From Balanoglossus misakiensis (Eukaryota > Animalia > Hemichordata), in assembly GCA_040954595.2 (NCBI GenBank), contig CM082598.2:6091097-6155096 (forward strand): DNA of 64,000 bases, in the 5' to 3' direction. The notes beneath the pieces are model-generated. The model did not search any database. It saw nothing but the letters and a program-made list of their open reading frames with translations, and had not been told where the DNA came from. Positions 1 to 11,900 of the stretch are shown piece by piece (position 1 is the first letter of the stretch; the number at the start of each line of letters is the position of its first letter). Both the position numbers and the translations under genes were made by a program.

Positions 1-1198
1 CAAAAAGGTGAGTGCTATGCATGTTATGTGTTGTCAATTTATTACTTGATTTTGTAGAGAGGGACGCCAAAACATTACAATACAGCGTGACCGACACCAA
101 AACATTACAGCGTCACGCTAGCCTGTGTAGTGTACTGAAACTGACTACATTTCTTGACGCGATAAGGGGCTCATTTTTACTATAGTAAGCAAACATAGTT
201 AGTGTTGAGTGAAAGCACACTAGGTAGGTTATTATTTACTGTTTAATTCCGGTTTAACGATGCGGGAGTGGTTCTAAAATTCTCGTTACAAGTTACAGAC
301 ACTATACGTACCGAGTACGTGTTCCCTTAACTTTCGATGGCCAATGTTTACGTTTTGTCAAGATCGCGGAATCACTGTGTAGTATCACGATTGGAATTCG
401 GACATACAATAGCTAAACCGTACAAATCTATTAGATAGCATATATTTCATGTATCATTATGACATATGCATATTTATTTTTCAACAATACGAATTGTTGC
501 CGCCGTTGCTCCACGCATGGCAAGTTTAGAGTTTCGAGTGACCCGATGACGAATACTCACTTTGTTAAAGTAGCGCTAGCGGTAAATCCTGTTGAACGGT
601 TCAAAATGGCCGAGTCGCGCGATCGCGATCGAACTAGCAAATCATAACCATGTGCGATGATGTACTGTGTGTCAACTTTGAACATAACGCTATAAGTTAC
701 TATATACTAGTAGATTAATGGTAGTGAGTCATAGAACTGTAGGCTTATCGATGATCATCGTCACGTTAAATGTAAATCAAGTCATCATACTCTTTTCTTC
801 TGAAAAAAAACTTCGTTACGTACACTCCACAGCCCAATGTCAGAACACAGTCTACCTTCTAGTATCACGAACCTCAGATCATCAGCTACAAATTATCATA
901 CTGAGAATGTTGGTGAGGTATTTACAAGTATGATGGTAGGTTACGAACCCACAGTCACTGGTCGTTAATTCTAGGGCACTAATTAGTTCTTAGCTTGAGT
1001 CATGCTATGAGCCAATATTGCTTGCTTGAGGACAATATTGTTGTTTACTCTGTGATTGTATTTATACAATGTGTGAGTGTCTTCAAGTATTACATTTATA
1101 TTTAAACTTGGTAATATTACTAACTGGTACTCATTGTGAGTATTATCCAGAAACATTAAAATGCGACAATTTTAATTTTTTTGTTTTTGTTTTTGCAG

Positions 1199-4100
1199 GA
1201 TGTCATGTAGTTCAGGTACATTTTGTATAGATACTGACACAGCATACATGTATGAACTGAGGAAAAACAAGATGAACTTGGAACTCTCTGCTTGTTGGGG
1301 TCTATGTTGTCGCAGATTGGGATCATACTCAATCTAAACTGTTATCAAAGTACTGTATCTTTGAAAGACAACTTGCATTTTACAACACTGAAAACACCAA
1401 GTATGCTGTGCTGTTGACATGCTCGTGTGAGAGAGGGGTCAAACATAGAGAAAGACTGAAGGCCATCAATTCATGTTTTGATGGTGATTTTAATAGCTTT
1501 ATCAACGATGAAGAATCGAGCTATTGTCTTCATGCACGGGCTGTCAATGTAATGTACCCTTGGTCCTCTACTGAACACAATCCCGGTCATGAAGATGCTC
1601 CTGTCAACTCAACTTTTGTCGACCAGTTAAGCCATAATCCCTTCCTAGCAGCAGTGACAATTGATAGAGAAGTTCATGTACTAGGTATAGTACGTAAAAG
1701 AACAGAGAGAAAACTGAGCTGTACTCGCTGTAGGTTTGGAAAATCCACATGTGATCATGTAGAAGTATACAGGGCCTGGTGCCAGGAACATGACACAACC
1801 ATTTCAGAAGAACTCTCCGAGGAACCCATTGTTAGCAATGTTGCATATGTATCATATCAGCCCATACCATACATCCTTCCAGAGGAGTTACAGAAGAAGC
1901 ATATTCATCAACAGAGTGGCAAGGTGAGTTTGTATCATTTTATTGTATTTTGGTTTATATCATTTGTGTACATGGAATCACATTAGTGATGACAGGTTTA
2001 CAAATTTAAAAATATTCTAAAAGCAGGAAATGGCAGAGTTGTTTTTTTTATTTTTTTTTTCTTAGCTTCCAATACCTACTGCATTAATTCCATCGATTCC
2101 TGAGGACGGACCATTTGCTATGTGTACTCATGGTAACCAATGGAATGATGGTGATCCAGTGCAAGAGAATTGGTGTTTAGGCAATGCTACAATATACTTT
2201 GAAACTTATTCATATGGAGAAGCAAATAGAACTGCTGACAATCAGAGCATAGGAGGTGAGTTTAAGATACTGTGCAATAACTTAAACAGTTGAAGACGTG
2301 AAAGTGACTTTGACACTCAAGGGTGTATTTTTATGTATGCTTGAAACAGTACCTACATTGTATAGTGACCACATACGTATTTATACTTGTACTTAAAAGA
2401 ATACTACGTGTATTTAACCTCTGACACGAAAATTGGTGAGAATATTATCCATTTTATTTGCTTGGGAATGCCATCAACTTCATTTAAGTCATGGTATGCA
2501 TCCAGAATCATAATTTTGATCCTCCTAAACTTCTTTCAGTGTACTACAGACCAAGTATAGGACTGTGCTCTTGTCGACTGTATTATGATGGTCAAGAAGA
2601 TGTATTGTTTAATCTGAACAACAAGGACTTTGTGCATTACAGTCTTTTACAAACATACTTGGAAGTTATGTGTGAAGGAAGAAACCCACTGGCATCATTT
2701 CACAGGTAAGTGAGTTTTTTATTTCAAATATAGTTTGAGAATTATCACAGAGGAATGTATTGCAAAACCTTTAGAGTTATAAGTAGATAGCCAACTTTGT
2801 CAACAACACAAAAACAGGACCACTAATTATATTATAACTATATTGAAATTTGTATTTAGACTGTGAGTTTAGCGAGTTTTTCACTCGAGTTTCAAACCTT
2901 GTATTTAATATTTTGTATTGATATTACATTTTATATAAATACAATGGTACGCTTTCACCTGCAGTATTTGTACATGTTGGTTAAGGGTGGCTATGTTTGA
3001 TTGTTTCATTAACTTGCAATTAAACATGTTATGGTTGCAATTTACCTGCTTTAAAGCCACAGTATTTCTCGTAGGGGCAAAATTTTGTTTGAAACGGCAT
3101 CTATAATTTCTAAAAGTAGATGATAATTGATACTGAATCGAACAGTCATCATCCCCAGCTCTGCTGATAAACTCATACAATTTACAATATAACGAGTGAA
3201 GAATGACTTTCTGTCCGGACAGAAAGTCACGTGAGTCAGGCTAATGTTGACACACGTGACTAGTGCGCATGCGCACTCAAATGTGAATCTATGCGGAAGA
3301 GGTTTGGTCGCCCCAAATCAAGCGACTCAGCGAAGAAATGCGCACTAATTCGGCGAAATTTTGGGAAGATAACTTTATGGGAGAAATCAGTCGATGGAAC
3401 CAGATCAAATCCGAAAATGGTCTGACCATCAAAATGTCAAAGTGGCACGTTTGCTGATCGACATGTACAACATTTCCGTTGTAAACAAACCCGCGCATCA
3501 TTTCAAGTGTTACGGGCAATATTTTCGGCTTGCATGTAGCTACAATTGCCCAAACCTTTCTTACATCTTCATTATATAGTATTCCATGATGGATGTACTG
3601 GAAAAACGGGCTTTTTTCGATGATGAAAAATGGATGCACACGAGAAATACTGGGGCTTTAATGTTAAGCATTTGATTTGTAATATTACTTGTGTTTTACA
3701 GGGCATATGTAAAACGACTGGCTAAACACTCAGGAACAGCACCTCTGCCTCTACACAAGTTTAGATTAGCATGGAATGGTTATATTCGACTTCTGGGTAT
3801 TAACTACAAGGATGCCTTTACATGTGCAACATGTGGAGATACACCATCTATTATTGTTTGTGATGGCACTTGTATTGGCATGAACAAGCTCCTGCTTCAG
3901 CGGTTTATCAGAACAGTCCCGTGGGCAGTCCAGTGAATATCCAACTATAGTCGGCACCAAGCATGAAGATAGGGTCCTCATACCACAGAAAAAGCAAGAA
4001 AGATTGTAGAGCAATATACAAGTCATGATCCTCTGCCATCACAAGATTTCTCCAATCTTATCAGGCTGCTACAACAATACAGACACTTACAGTCTCTAGC

Positions 4101-4287
4101 CAGTTTCCTATTACTGATCTCCAATAATGGAACCATTCTAAAATCACCTCAACAGTATTCAACATTCCTGTCTGACCTAGCCAAGAATTCTCCAGCATGT
4201 GCCCTTATACAGATGCCAGCAAATTCACCCGCTCGCTATATCGTCAAAGAAGTGATCCGAGGTCTTCATATCTTTGATGCTGCCAAT
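1199..4287 (+). pseudogene. Spliced, frameshifted, 3'-truncated SWIM/CxC cysteine-cluster gene of the KDZ (Kyakuja-Dileera-Zisupton) transposase / HMGXB3-like type; exons ~1199-1923, 2066-2255, 2540-2705, 3702-4287
   Basis: Canonical GT-AG junctions with consistent phases (AAG|gtgagt..cttag|CTT; G|gtgagt..ttcag|TG; AG|gtaagt..tacag|G). The joined peptide has CSC..YCLH, CTRC..CDH (SWIM-like), CTHGNQW..DP, YYRP..CSC..YDGQED.LFN, FRLAW..Y, FTCATCGDTP.IIVCDGT.IG, GTKHEDRV and FLSDLAKNSP, the motif order I recognise from CxC-KDZ proteins. Frameshifts near 1270, 3930 and 4000; the catalytic C-terminal part is absent after 4288. Confidence 0.7.
3055..3657. mobile_element. Non-autonomous TIR element (Kolobok-like MITE, 603 bp) in an intron
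   Basis: TTAA on both sides (3051-3054, 3658-3661); TIRs AGCCACAGTATTTCTCGT / ACGAGAAATACTGGGGCT (17/18 match). TTAA duplication with purine-purine termini is the Kolobok pattern. Confidence 0.8.
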
Positions 4288-4392
4288 CACTGCGGCCCAG
4301 GGCGCCCCTGTTTTGTCCAATGCTTCACGGAGCACGCATATCTATTCTGGGGTCACTGTTGGGGTGATTTTCCTTGGTTACGGTAAATCAAG

Positions 4393-5007
4393 ATGGTGGC
4401 GCCCACGATGAAACTTGCCAAGATTGTCAAGCGAAAGCTGCGTGATACAAAATTTGATAGGTCGGGGAGTGATTTCCAGTGCAACCTGCATGGTTTGTTT
4501 GATGAGCTGGACGCAAATGTTGAATCCGCTATCAAGACACATGATAAAATCACAGCTGATAAGGTAAAGCTCCGCCAGATAGCATCGTACCCAATTTTTG
4601 AGCGAGAAATGGATCATTGGCGCTTGAAAGTGACCCAGAAATTGAAGCCATCTTGTTCGATGCAGAATCCTTGGAAGGGGAGCTTCAGTAGAAACATCCC
4701 ACTAGAAGTATTTGAGCTTGTTCGTCACTATGCAACTCGCAATTCAATGGGAATTGAAGAATGTGTCACACCACGTACAATCACACTGAAGTTCACCTGG
4801 ATCAACAAAATCAAATATGTCATTGGTCGAGGAGGTCGCTCTGAAAACCAGCAGCTGCTGGTTAGGTCAGTGAAGGGTCAACGGGTGGAAGTGGTCTGTT
4901 CCAATGAAAAGCCCATGGTTGTGCGGTATAGAAAGACATTTGAAACAGCGACGATCAGCTTTCACTATGGATGCTGGAACAAACATGGAGTGCCTCAACA
5001 TGTTTGA
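4393..5007 (+). CDS. Uninterrupted 204-aa basic protein of unknown function; probable accessory gene of the neighbouring transposase
   Basis: Single-exon ORF with ATG in a CAAGATGG context, higher GC/CpG than its flanks, AATAAA ~150 bp downstream; converges on the transposase pseudogene. Confidence 0.6.
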   Translation: MVAPTMKLAKIVKRKLRDTKFDRSGSDFQCNLHGLFDELDANVESAIKTHDKITADKVKLRQIASYPIFEREMDHWRLKVTQKLKPSCSMQNPWKGSFSRNIPLEVFELVRHYATRNSMGIEECVTPRTITLKFTWINKIKYVIGRGGRSENQQLLVRSVKGQRVEVVCSNEKPMVVRYRKTFETATISFHYGCWNKHGVPQHV

Positions 5008-5401
5008 ATTATGAGAACTTTGAACTGCCGAGTATTGACGTTTTTCTGCTTGTTTTCTAACAACTTTTCACTTTGAGAAACACTTGTGATATTTCTGTGG
5101 TATTTTGTATTACGCTAGAACCAGCTGTTTTTCTGCAAGTACTCAAGCCCACACAGAAATAAAAACAATGGTATTTTATCAAGGCATGTTATCTTTATTT
5201 CTTACTTTAGATGCAGTGACTTTGAGTATAATGAAATTACAAATATTAAATTCCATTCATAAATTCATTTGAGTTATGCTGTAGAAAAACATTTGAAATT
5301 AACTCTCACCTTTTTTAAAGCCAATCAGTTTTTGCTATCACATTTAAAAATTCAAATTTGCATTTCACATTTTCATTTCACAAAAGCTGTCAAAAATATT
5401 C
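4971..5401 (+). repeat. 431-bp direct repeat, copy 1 (copy 2 at 8557-8987)
   Basis: Sequence from atgctggaacaaacatggag to caaaaatattc recurs 3586 bp downstream; I see two substitutions. Confidence 0.95.
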
Positions 5402-5970
5402 ATTTTGGCAGACTGCAGGTTGTGAAACCTGCTGCTAACATTTTTCAAAATTTAATTGATCAAAGCAAATCAAATCATTACTCAAAGAAATGCTGAAATT
5501 ATACATTCTCAATCATTGCATTAAAATTGAAAATAACAATTTCAAGTATCAGGGTTGTGTTGTGTTTCCTCCATAAGTTTACAACTATGACTCTGTGAAC
5601 CTTGCATTTCACAGTATATGATCTAGCTGCCACAAGAATAAAAAACAGTCGTCTGGGTTGTCATAAAATACCTGTCATGAATATATTTGGCTTTCATGGC
5701 TGTGACGATGAGTATAATGAAAAGTTCAACTGTGATGTTTCAGATTTTTGCCATCACATTTAAAAATTCAAATTTACATTAATTTACATTTCACAAAAGC
5801 AGTCAAAATTAATCAAGTATTCATTTTTGCAGACCATTGGTTGTGAATCCTGCTGCTAACATTTGTCAACATTTAATTGATCGAAAAAAAATCAATCATA
5901 TTACTCAAAGAAATGCTGAAATTTACACAATCATTGCATTAAAAATGAAAATGAAAATTTCATGTATCAG
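5224..5970 (+). repeat. Older diverged tandem duplication (~5224-5552 vs ~5710-5970) between the convergent ORFs
   Basis: Shared blocks gagtataatgaaa, atcacatttaaaaattcaaattt, cctgctgctaacattt, attactcaaagaaatgctgaaatt, caatcattgcattaaaa. Confidence 0.85.
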
Positions 5971-6269
5971 ACTTTACTGTTGTAAACTATTGCTTTTCAA
6001 CAGCAAGCTCTGATACTTGAAAATGTTCATTCTCAGTTTCCTGTATTTACTTTTAGTTTAATTTTTGTGGTATATTACATATTTATTTATGTATGTATGT
6101 ATTTATGAAAAGTGTTTCAGGATTTCACAATTTACAATAAACATAACAGGACAAACCAGATTCTGTATCCTACCAAAATGTACAACTTAAATTAGCTTAC
6201 AACCGCAAGCAATAATCTTTTTACATATTTACAACATTGGGTGCACCCTCTGAATTTACTCATAGTATT

Positions 6270-8468
6270 CTACTTCAGGGTATTTTTCAGAGATTTGCTT
6301 ATTTTCCCACTAACTGCAGCATGTTTGATTTATTTCATAAATTTGCTGCTGCAAATATCACATGACTCAGAGAAACCCTGCTTTTCACTGCCACAAAAAC
6401 AGTAGCCTGGGTCATCATAATACCTGTCTGGAATATATTTGCCATTATCATTGGCACGTTTACCCTTTTGGTTCCCTTTATAATTATCAGAACAGGGGTC
6501 TTGTGTATGCAGCCAATACAGCAGTATATACTCATGCCTGAAAATTAGAGACCACCTGTTCTGGGGTGTTGAATTATTACTGTATTCAAGCAGGTGCAAA
6601 TGCTTGGCTTCCCTTCCCTCCATTGTATTAAGACCCAACCCCATCCTGAATTACCCATACACCTCAGATATATGCTTTGGTAAGACATATCCAATATGCC
6701 AGATGGTATTATTTACTGTGAGAAAGAGAGAGTGCAAATTGAAATACCATGTGCACTTTTGTTTAAGTACAGCAATATCACTCTCACTAATAGTGAACCT
6801 TGAACTAAGTGAAGTTATATCACGTAGTAGCACACCTATGTATGTGTACAAAGCCAATCTTGCGTGTTGTTGTGCATTGTCATTGGGCCCACTCAGAGCC
6901 TTAATCAATGACATAAAGTACCAACCTACTTTCCTGGACTCTTCCCCAGTGAAACGATGAACCCTTATTGCTTGGCTCTGTTTACTTACCTTATTTTCAG
7001 TGAAGTACTTTACAATTTGGCTGTACAATTTACCTGCTCTGACATTGTACTTTAGGGCATACAGGAATTTATAGAGATAGCAGTCATGTGGTAGTTTTTC
7101 CAGCTTCACCCCACTGTCAACTACACGCTGGTCTGTTTTGGCCACAGCGTCTGTCAGTAAGTCTGAAGTGGTTCTACTTTTCACAAGTTATAAACCTACC
7201 CAGTGGGGGAATAAATTCCTGTCTGGATTTCCTATTCGATATAAATCGTGTCACTTTTGTACGGTCAATGTCAGACTTACCAGATCTTTTCAGCAAATTT
7301 GATTTTAACTTTGCCACAGCTTCAGCATCTTGCAACCTCTTTGCATAGTCCCATTCTGTCCACTTTTTACCGGGGCCTATATCTCCCCCTACACTATCTA
7401 TGTCACCTTTAGTAACATTGCCAAATGAGCTGAAATATGTAGCTGCATATGACAACTCGCCTGACACTAATGCCAAACCTTTCTGATCAAAGGGCAGGAG
7501 TGACACCTTAAAACTTACCTTGAGATTATTTATTGAGTAGTTCTTTGACTCAATGACCTCCAGCTCTTTTGCTAAATTACTAGCATACTCTATTAATAGA
7601 GGGTCTAATTCCTCTTTTAAGTTTGCACCCAGTAGCAGGAAGTTGTCATCAGGGCTGGCTACCCTGTGACCTACATTTACCAAGCTAATTAGCCAAGCAG
7701 TTGCTTGGCCATATTTCCCAAATGGTGCCCCATCAGCTCCAAGGGCAATCTGAAAACTCCCCTCTGGCTTATCAAACCAATTCAAGATATCAGGCTGATA
7801 TTGGCACTGTGTTAGATATAGGTTGGTAATTTTTAAGAGCATCATCTCTGTATCTCTTTTCATGCCAACTACCTTACCATTATTTAATATAGGTTGAAGG
7901 TCACCTATGTCAAGGTTACGGACATAGCTTACAACTCTATTATATGATAGGAGCCTTGGCATTTTACAACCAGCTTCAAATTGTAACACTCTCTTTGGTT
8001 GATTTAATTTCAAGACTGAGTTTAGCTCACTAACCCTTTAATGGCGTTATATTTTCGTTTTGACAACACACCATTTTTATACAATACTTTGATGCTTCTG
8101 ATGAGATTATTTTCACTATCTTCAAATTTCGAATTGATTTCTTTAACAATGATGGCATTATTATTTCTTTAAATTTACCAGAAGACATGAGGTATGTTTC
8201 AGGCTGACTGGGAGTTACTGAATTAACAAGCGTTACCCACAGCCCATCAAGTGCTGCCTTTGGGGGGGGTTTGCAATTCTAACATTTGTCTTGTTTGAGT
8301 CAGATTCTGGTGCTGCTAGATGAATGGCTGTGGCCGCCACTAGTGTCTCTGTTCGCCGAGCATGCTGCAGACTTCTGGACAGAGTTAGGCGTTCACTGTT
8401 GTCTGGACAGACTTTGCTGCTCTTTTGAACTACGGGTCAATTTTTTCACAGCAGAGAATGAAGAGATC
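6270..8468 (-). pseudogene. Decayed DDE transposase with RAG1/Transib/Chapaev-like motif order (ORF pieces 7174-8013, 6651-7184, 6330-6644 plus upstream frameshifted sequence)
   Basis: FEDSENNLIRSIKVLYKNGVLSKRKY (~8130-8050); IALGADGAPFG (first D); LPFDQK (second D; RAG1 has GYDEK); VEPL in a third frame at ~7165; WHIGYVLPKH; GLGLNTMEGREAKH (E; RAG1 has SEGNESGNK); C-terminal CFCG..CDIC. In-frame TAA at 6651-6653, frameshifts near 7175 and 8020, candidate splice acceptor at ~8469. Confidence 0.65.
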
Positions 8469-8556
8469 TGTAAAATATGCAAATAAAAGAGTCAAAGGTC
8501 ACACACTCATGCAATTGTTGCAACAGTTACCCACATGTATTTGTATTCATAATGTA

Positions 8557-8987
8557 ATGCTGGAACAAACATGGAGTGCCTCAACATGTTTGAATTATGA
8601 GAACTTTGAACTGCCGAGTATTGACGTTTTTCTGCTTGTTTTCTAACAACTTTTCACTTTGAGAAACACTTGTGATATTTCTGTGGTATTTTGTATTACG
8701 CTAGAACCAGCTGTTTTTCTGCAAGTACTCAAGCCCACACAGAAATAAAAACAATGGTATTTTATCAAGGCATGTTATCTTTATTTCTTACTTTAGATGC
8801 AGTGACTTTGAGTATAATGAAATTACAAATATTAAATTCCATTCATAAATTCATTCGAGTTATGCTGTAGAAAAACATTTGAAATTAACTCTCACCTTTT
8901 TTAAAGCCAATCAGTTTTTGCTATCACATTTAAAAATTCAAATTTGCATTTCACATTTTCATTTCACAAAAACTGTCAAAAATATTC
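8557..8987 (+). repeat. 431-bp direct repeat, copy 2; abuts the satellite
   Basis: Near-identical to 4971-5401; its last bases (ttc) overlap the first satellite bases (ttctcgaaaa). Confidence 0.95.
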
Positions 8988-11900
8988 TCGAAAAAAATCG
9001 AAAAAAAGTGGTCTCGAACCATCATCAGTTGACACGTTCAGGTAAAAGGCTAGCCTTCCTGAACCCTTCGCCATCACGATGTGTACTCGAAAAAGTCGGA
9101 ATTTTTCCGCACTATATTGCAGCATAACTCCAATGATCTTATTTGCACCGCAGCGATGCAAATACGAGTTACCTGCACCGCAGCGGTGCGAAGAAGAGTT
9201 CCCTACCCCGCAACGATCTGACCGTTCTTTATTCACTCCTCGGGGACAAAACCGTTTTATTACGGCCTAAATAACGACTTTTCGTTCCTTGGTTGGTCAT
9301 GCGGACGGAAAGACACGGTTTTAGCGAGTTTATCTTTCTCTCTGCTGAGCACTCCGTATTCAGACTTGCCCAAGTGAACCGCGAAAAAAAATGACCAAGT
9401 TTCCCTGCATGTTTCTTATACCCGACAGATAAAAAACGCAGCGTAGATATTGAAATGAATTGGATTTATGAAAATGATAAAAATTACACTGGCAATGTCG
9501 TTAAAAGTTCTGGAAAAAAATAGAAAAAAAGTGGTGTCGAACCAACATCAGTTGACACCTTCAGGTAAAAGGCTAGCCTTCCTGAACCCTTCGCCATCAC
9601 GATGTGTACTCGAAAAAGTCGGAATTTTTCCGCACTATATTGCAGCATAACTCCAATGATCTTATTTGCACCGCAGCGATGCAAATACGAGTTACCTGCA
9701 CCGCAGCGGTGCGAAGAAGAGTTCCCTACCCCACAACGATCTGACCATTCTTTATTCACTCCTCGGGGATAAAAACGTTTTATTACGGCCTAAATAACGA
9801 CTTTTTCGCTCCTTGGTTGGTCATGCGGACGGAAAGACACGGTTTTAGCGAGTTCATCTCTCTCTCTGCTGAGCACTCCGTATTCAGATTTGCCCAAGTG
9901 AACTGCGACAAAAAATGACCAAGTTTCCCTGCATGTTTCTTATACCCGACAGATAAAAACGCAGCGTAGATATTGAAATGAATTGGATTTATGAAAATGA
10001 TAAAAATTACAATGGCAATGTCGTTAAAAGTTCTCTAAAAAAATCGAAAAAAAAGTGGTCTCGAACCAACATCAGTTGACACGTTCAGGTAAAAGGCTAG
10101 CCTTCCTGAACCCTTCGCCATCACGATGTGTACTCGAAAAAGTCGGATTTTTGCCGCACTATATTGCAGCATAACTCCAATGATCTTATTTGCACCGCAG
10201 CGTTGCAAATACGAGTTACCTGCACCGCAGCGGTGCGAAGAAGAGTTCCCTACCCCGCAACGATCTGACCGTTCTTTATTCACTCCTCGGGGACAAAAAC
10301 GTTTTATTACGGCCTAAATAACGACTTTTTCGCTCCTTGGTTGGTCATGCGGACGGAAAGACACGGTTTTAGCGAGTTTATCTTTCTCTCTGCTGAACAC
10401 TCCGTATTCAGACTTGCCCAAGTGAACCGCGAAAAAAAATGACCAAGTTTCCCTGCATGTTTCTTATACTCGACAGATAAAAAACGCAGCGTAGATATTG
10501 AAATGAATTGGATTTATGAAAATGATAAAAATTACACTGGCAATGTCGTTAAAAGTTCTCGAAAAAAATAGAAAAAAAGTGGTGTCGAACCAACATCAGT
10601 TGACACGTTCAGGTAAAAGGCTAGCCTTCCTGAACCCTTCGCCATCACGATGTGTACTCGAAAAAGTCGGAATTTTTCCGCACTATATTGCAGCATAACT
10701 CCAATGATCTTATTTGCACCGCAGCGATGCAAATACGAGTTACCTGCACCGCAGCGGTGCGAAGAAGAGTTCCCTACCCCGCAACGATCTGACCATTCTT
10801 TATTCACTCCTCGGGGATAAAAACGTTTTATTACGGCCTAAATAACGACTTTTTCGCTCCTTGGTTGGTCATGCGGACGGAAAGACACGGTTTTAGCGAG
10901 TTCATCTCTCTCTCTGCTGAGCACTCCGTATTCAGATTTGCCCAAGTGAACCGCGCCAAAAATGACCAAGTTTCCCTGCATGTTTCTTATACCCGACAGA
11001 TAAAAAACGCAGCGTAGATATTGAAATGAATTGGATTTATGAAAATGATAAAAATTACAATGGCAATGTCGTTAAAAGTTCTCTAAAAAAATCGAAAAAA
11101 AAGTGGTCTCGAACCAACATCAGTTGACACGTTCAGGTAAAAGGCTAGCCTTCCTGAACCCTTCGCCATCACGATGTGTACTCGAAAAAGTCGGAATTTT
11201 TCCGCACTATATTGCAGCATAACTCCAATGATCTTATTTGCACCGCAGCGATGCAAATACGAGTTACCTGCACCGCAGCGGTGCGAAGAAGAGTTCCCTA
11301 CCCCGCAACGATCTGACCATTCTTTATTCACTCCTTGGGGACAAAAACGTTTTATTACGGCCTAAATAACGACTTTTTCGCTCCTTGGTTGATCATGCGG
11401 ACGGAAAGACACGGTTTTAGCGAGTTTATCTTTCTCTCTGCTGAGCACTCCGTATTCAGACTTGCCCAAGTGAACCGCAACAAAAACTGACCAAGTTTCC
11501 CTGCATGTTTCTTATACCCGACAGATAAAAACGCAGCGTAGATATTGAAATGAATTGGATTTATGAAAATGATAAAAATTACAATGGCAATGTCGTTAAA
11601 AGTTCTCTAAAAAAATCGAAAAAAAAGTGGTCTCGAACCAACATCAGTTGACACGTTCAGGTAAAAGGCTAGCCTTCCTGAACCCTTCGCCATCACGATG
11701 TGTACTCGAAAAAGTCGGATTTTTTCCGCACTATATTGCAGCATAACTCCAATGATCTTATTTGCACCGCAGCGTTGCAAATACGAGTTACCTGCACCGC
11801 AGCGGTGCAAAGAAGAGTTCCCTACCCCGCAACGATCTGACCGTTCTTTATTCACTCCTCGGGGACAAAAACGTTTTATTACGGCCTAAATAACGACTTT

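Noticed and set aside
1-950. Splice donor at 8 and CpG-rich stretch with AAAATGGC near 605 as upstream exons or promoter of the KDZ-type gene
   Set aside because: Plausible, but exon boundaries cannot be fixed from sequence alone, so not annotated.
4971-8987. LTR retrotransposon suggested by the 431-bp direct repeats
   Set aside because: No TG..CA ends, PBS, PPT, TSD or gag/pol; the repeat begins inside the 204-aa ORF.
10280-10302. RSS nonamer-like ACAAAAACG in each monomer, next to a RAG-like gene
   Set aside because: No CAC heptamer 12 or 23 bp upstream; the nearest CAC is only 5 bp from it after a 7-mer.
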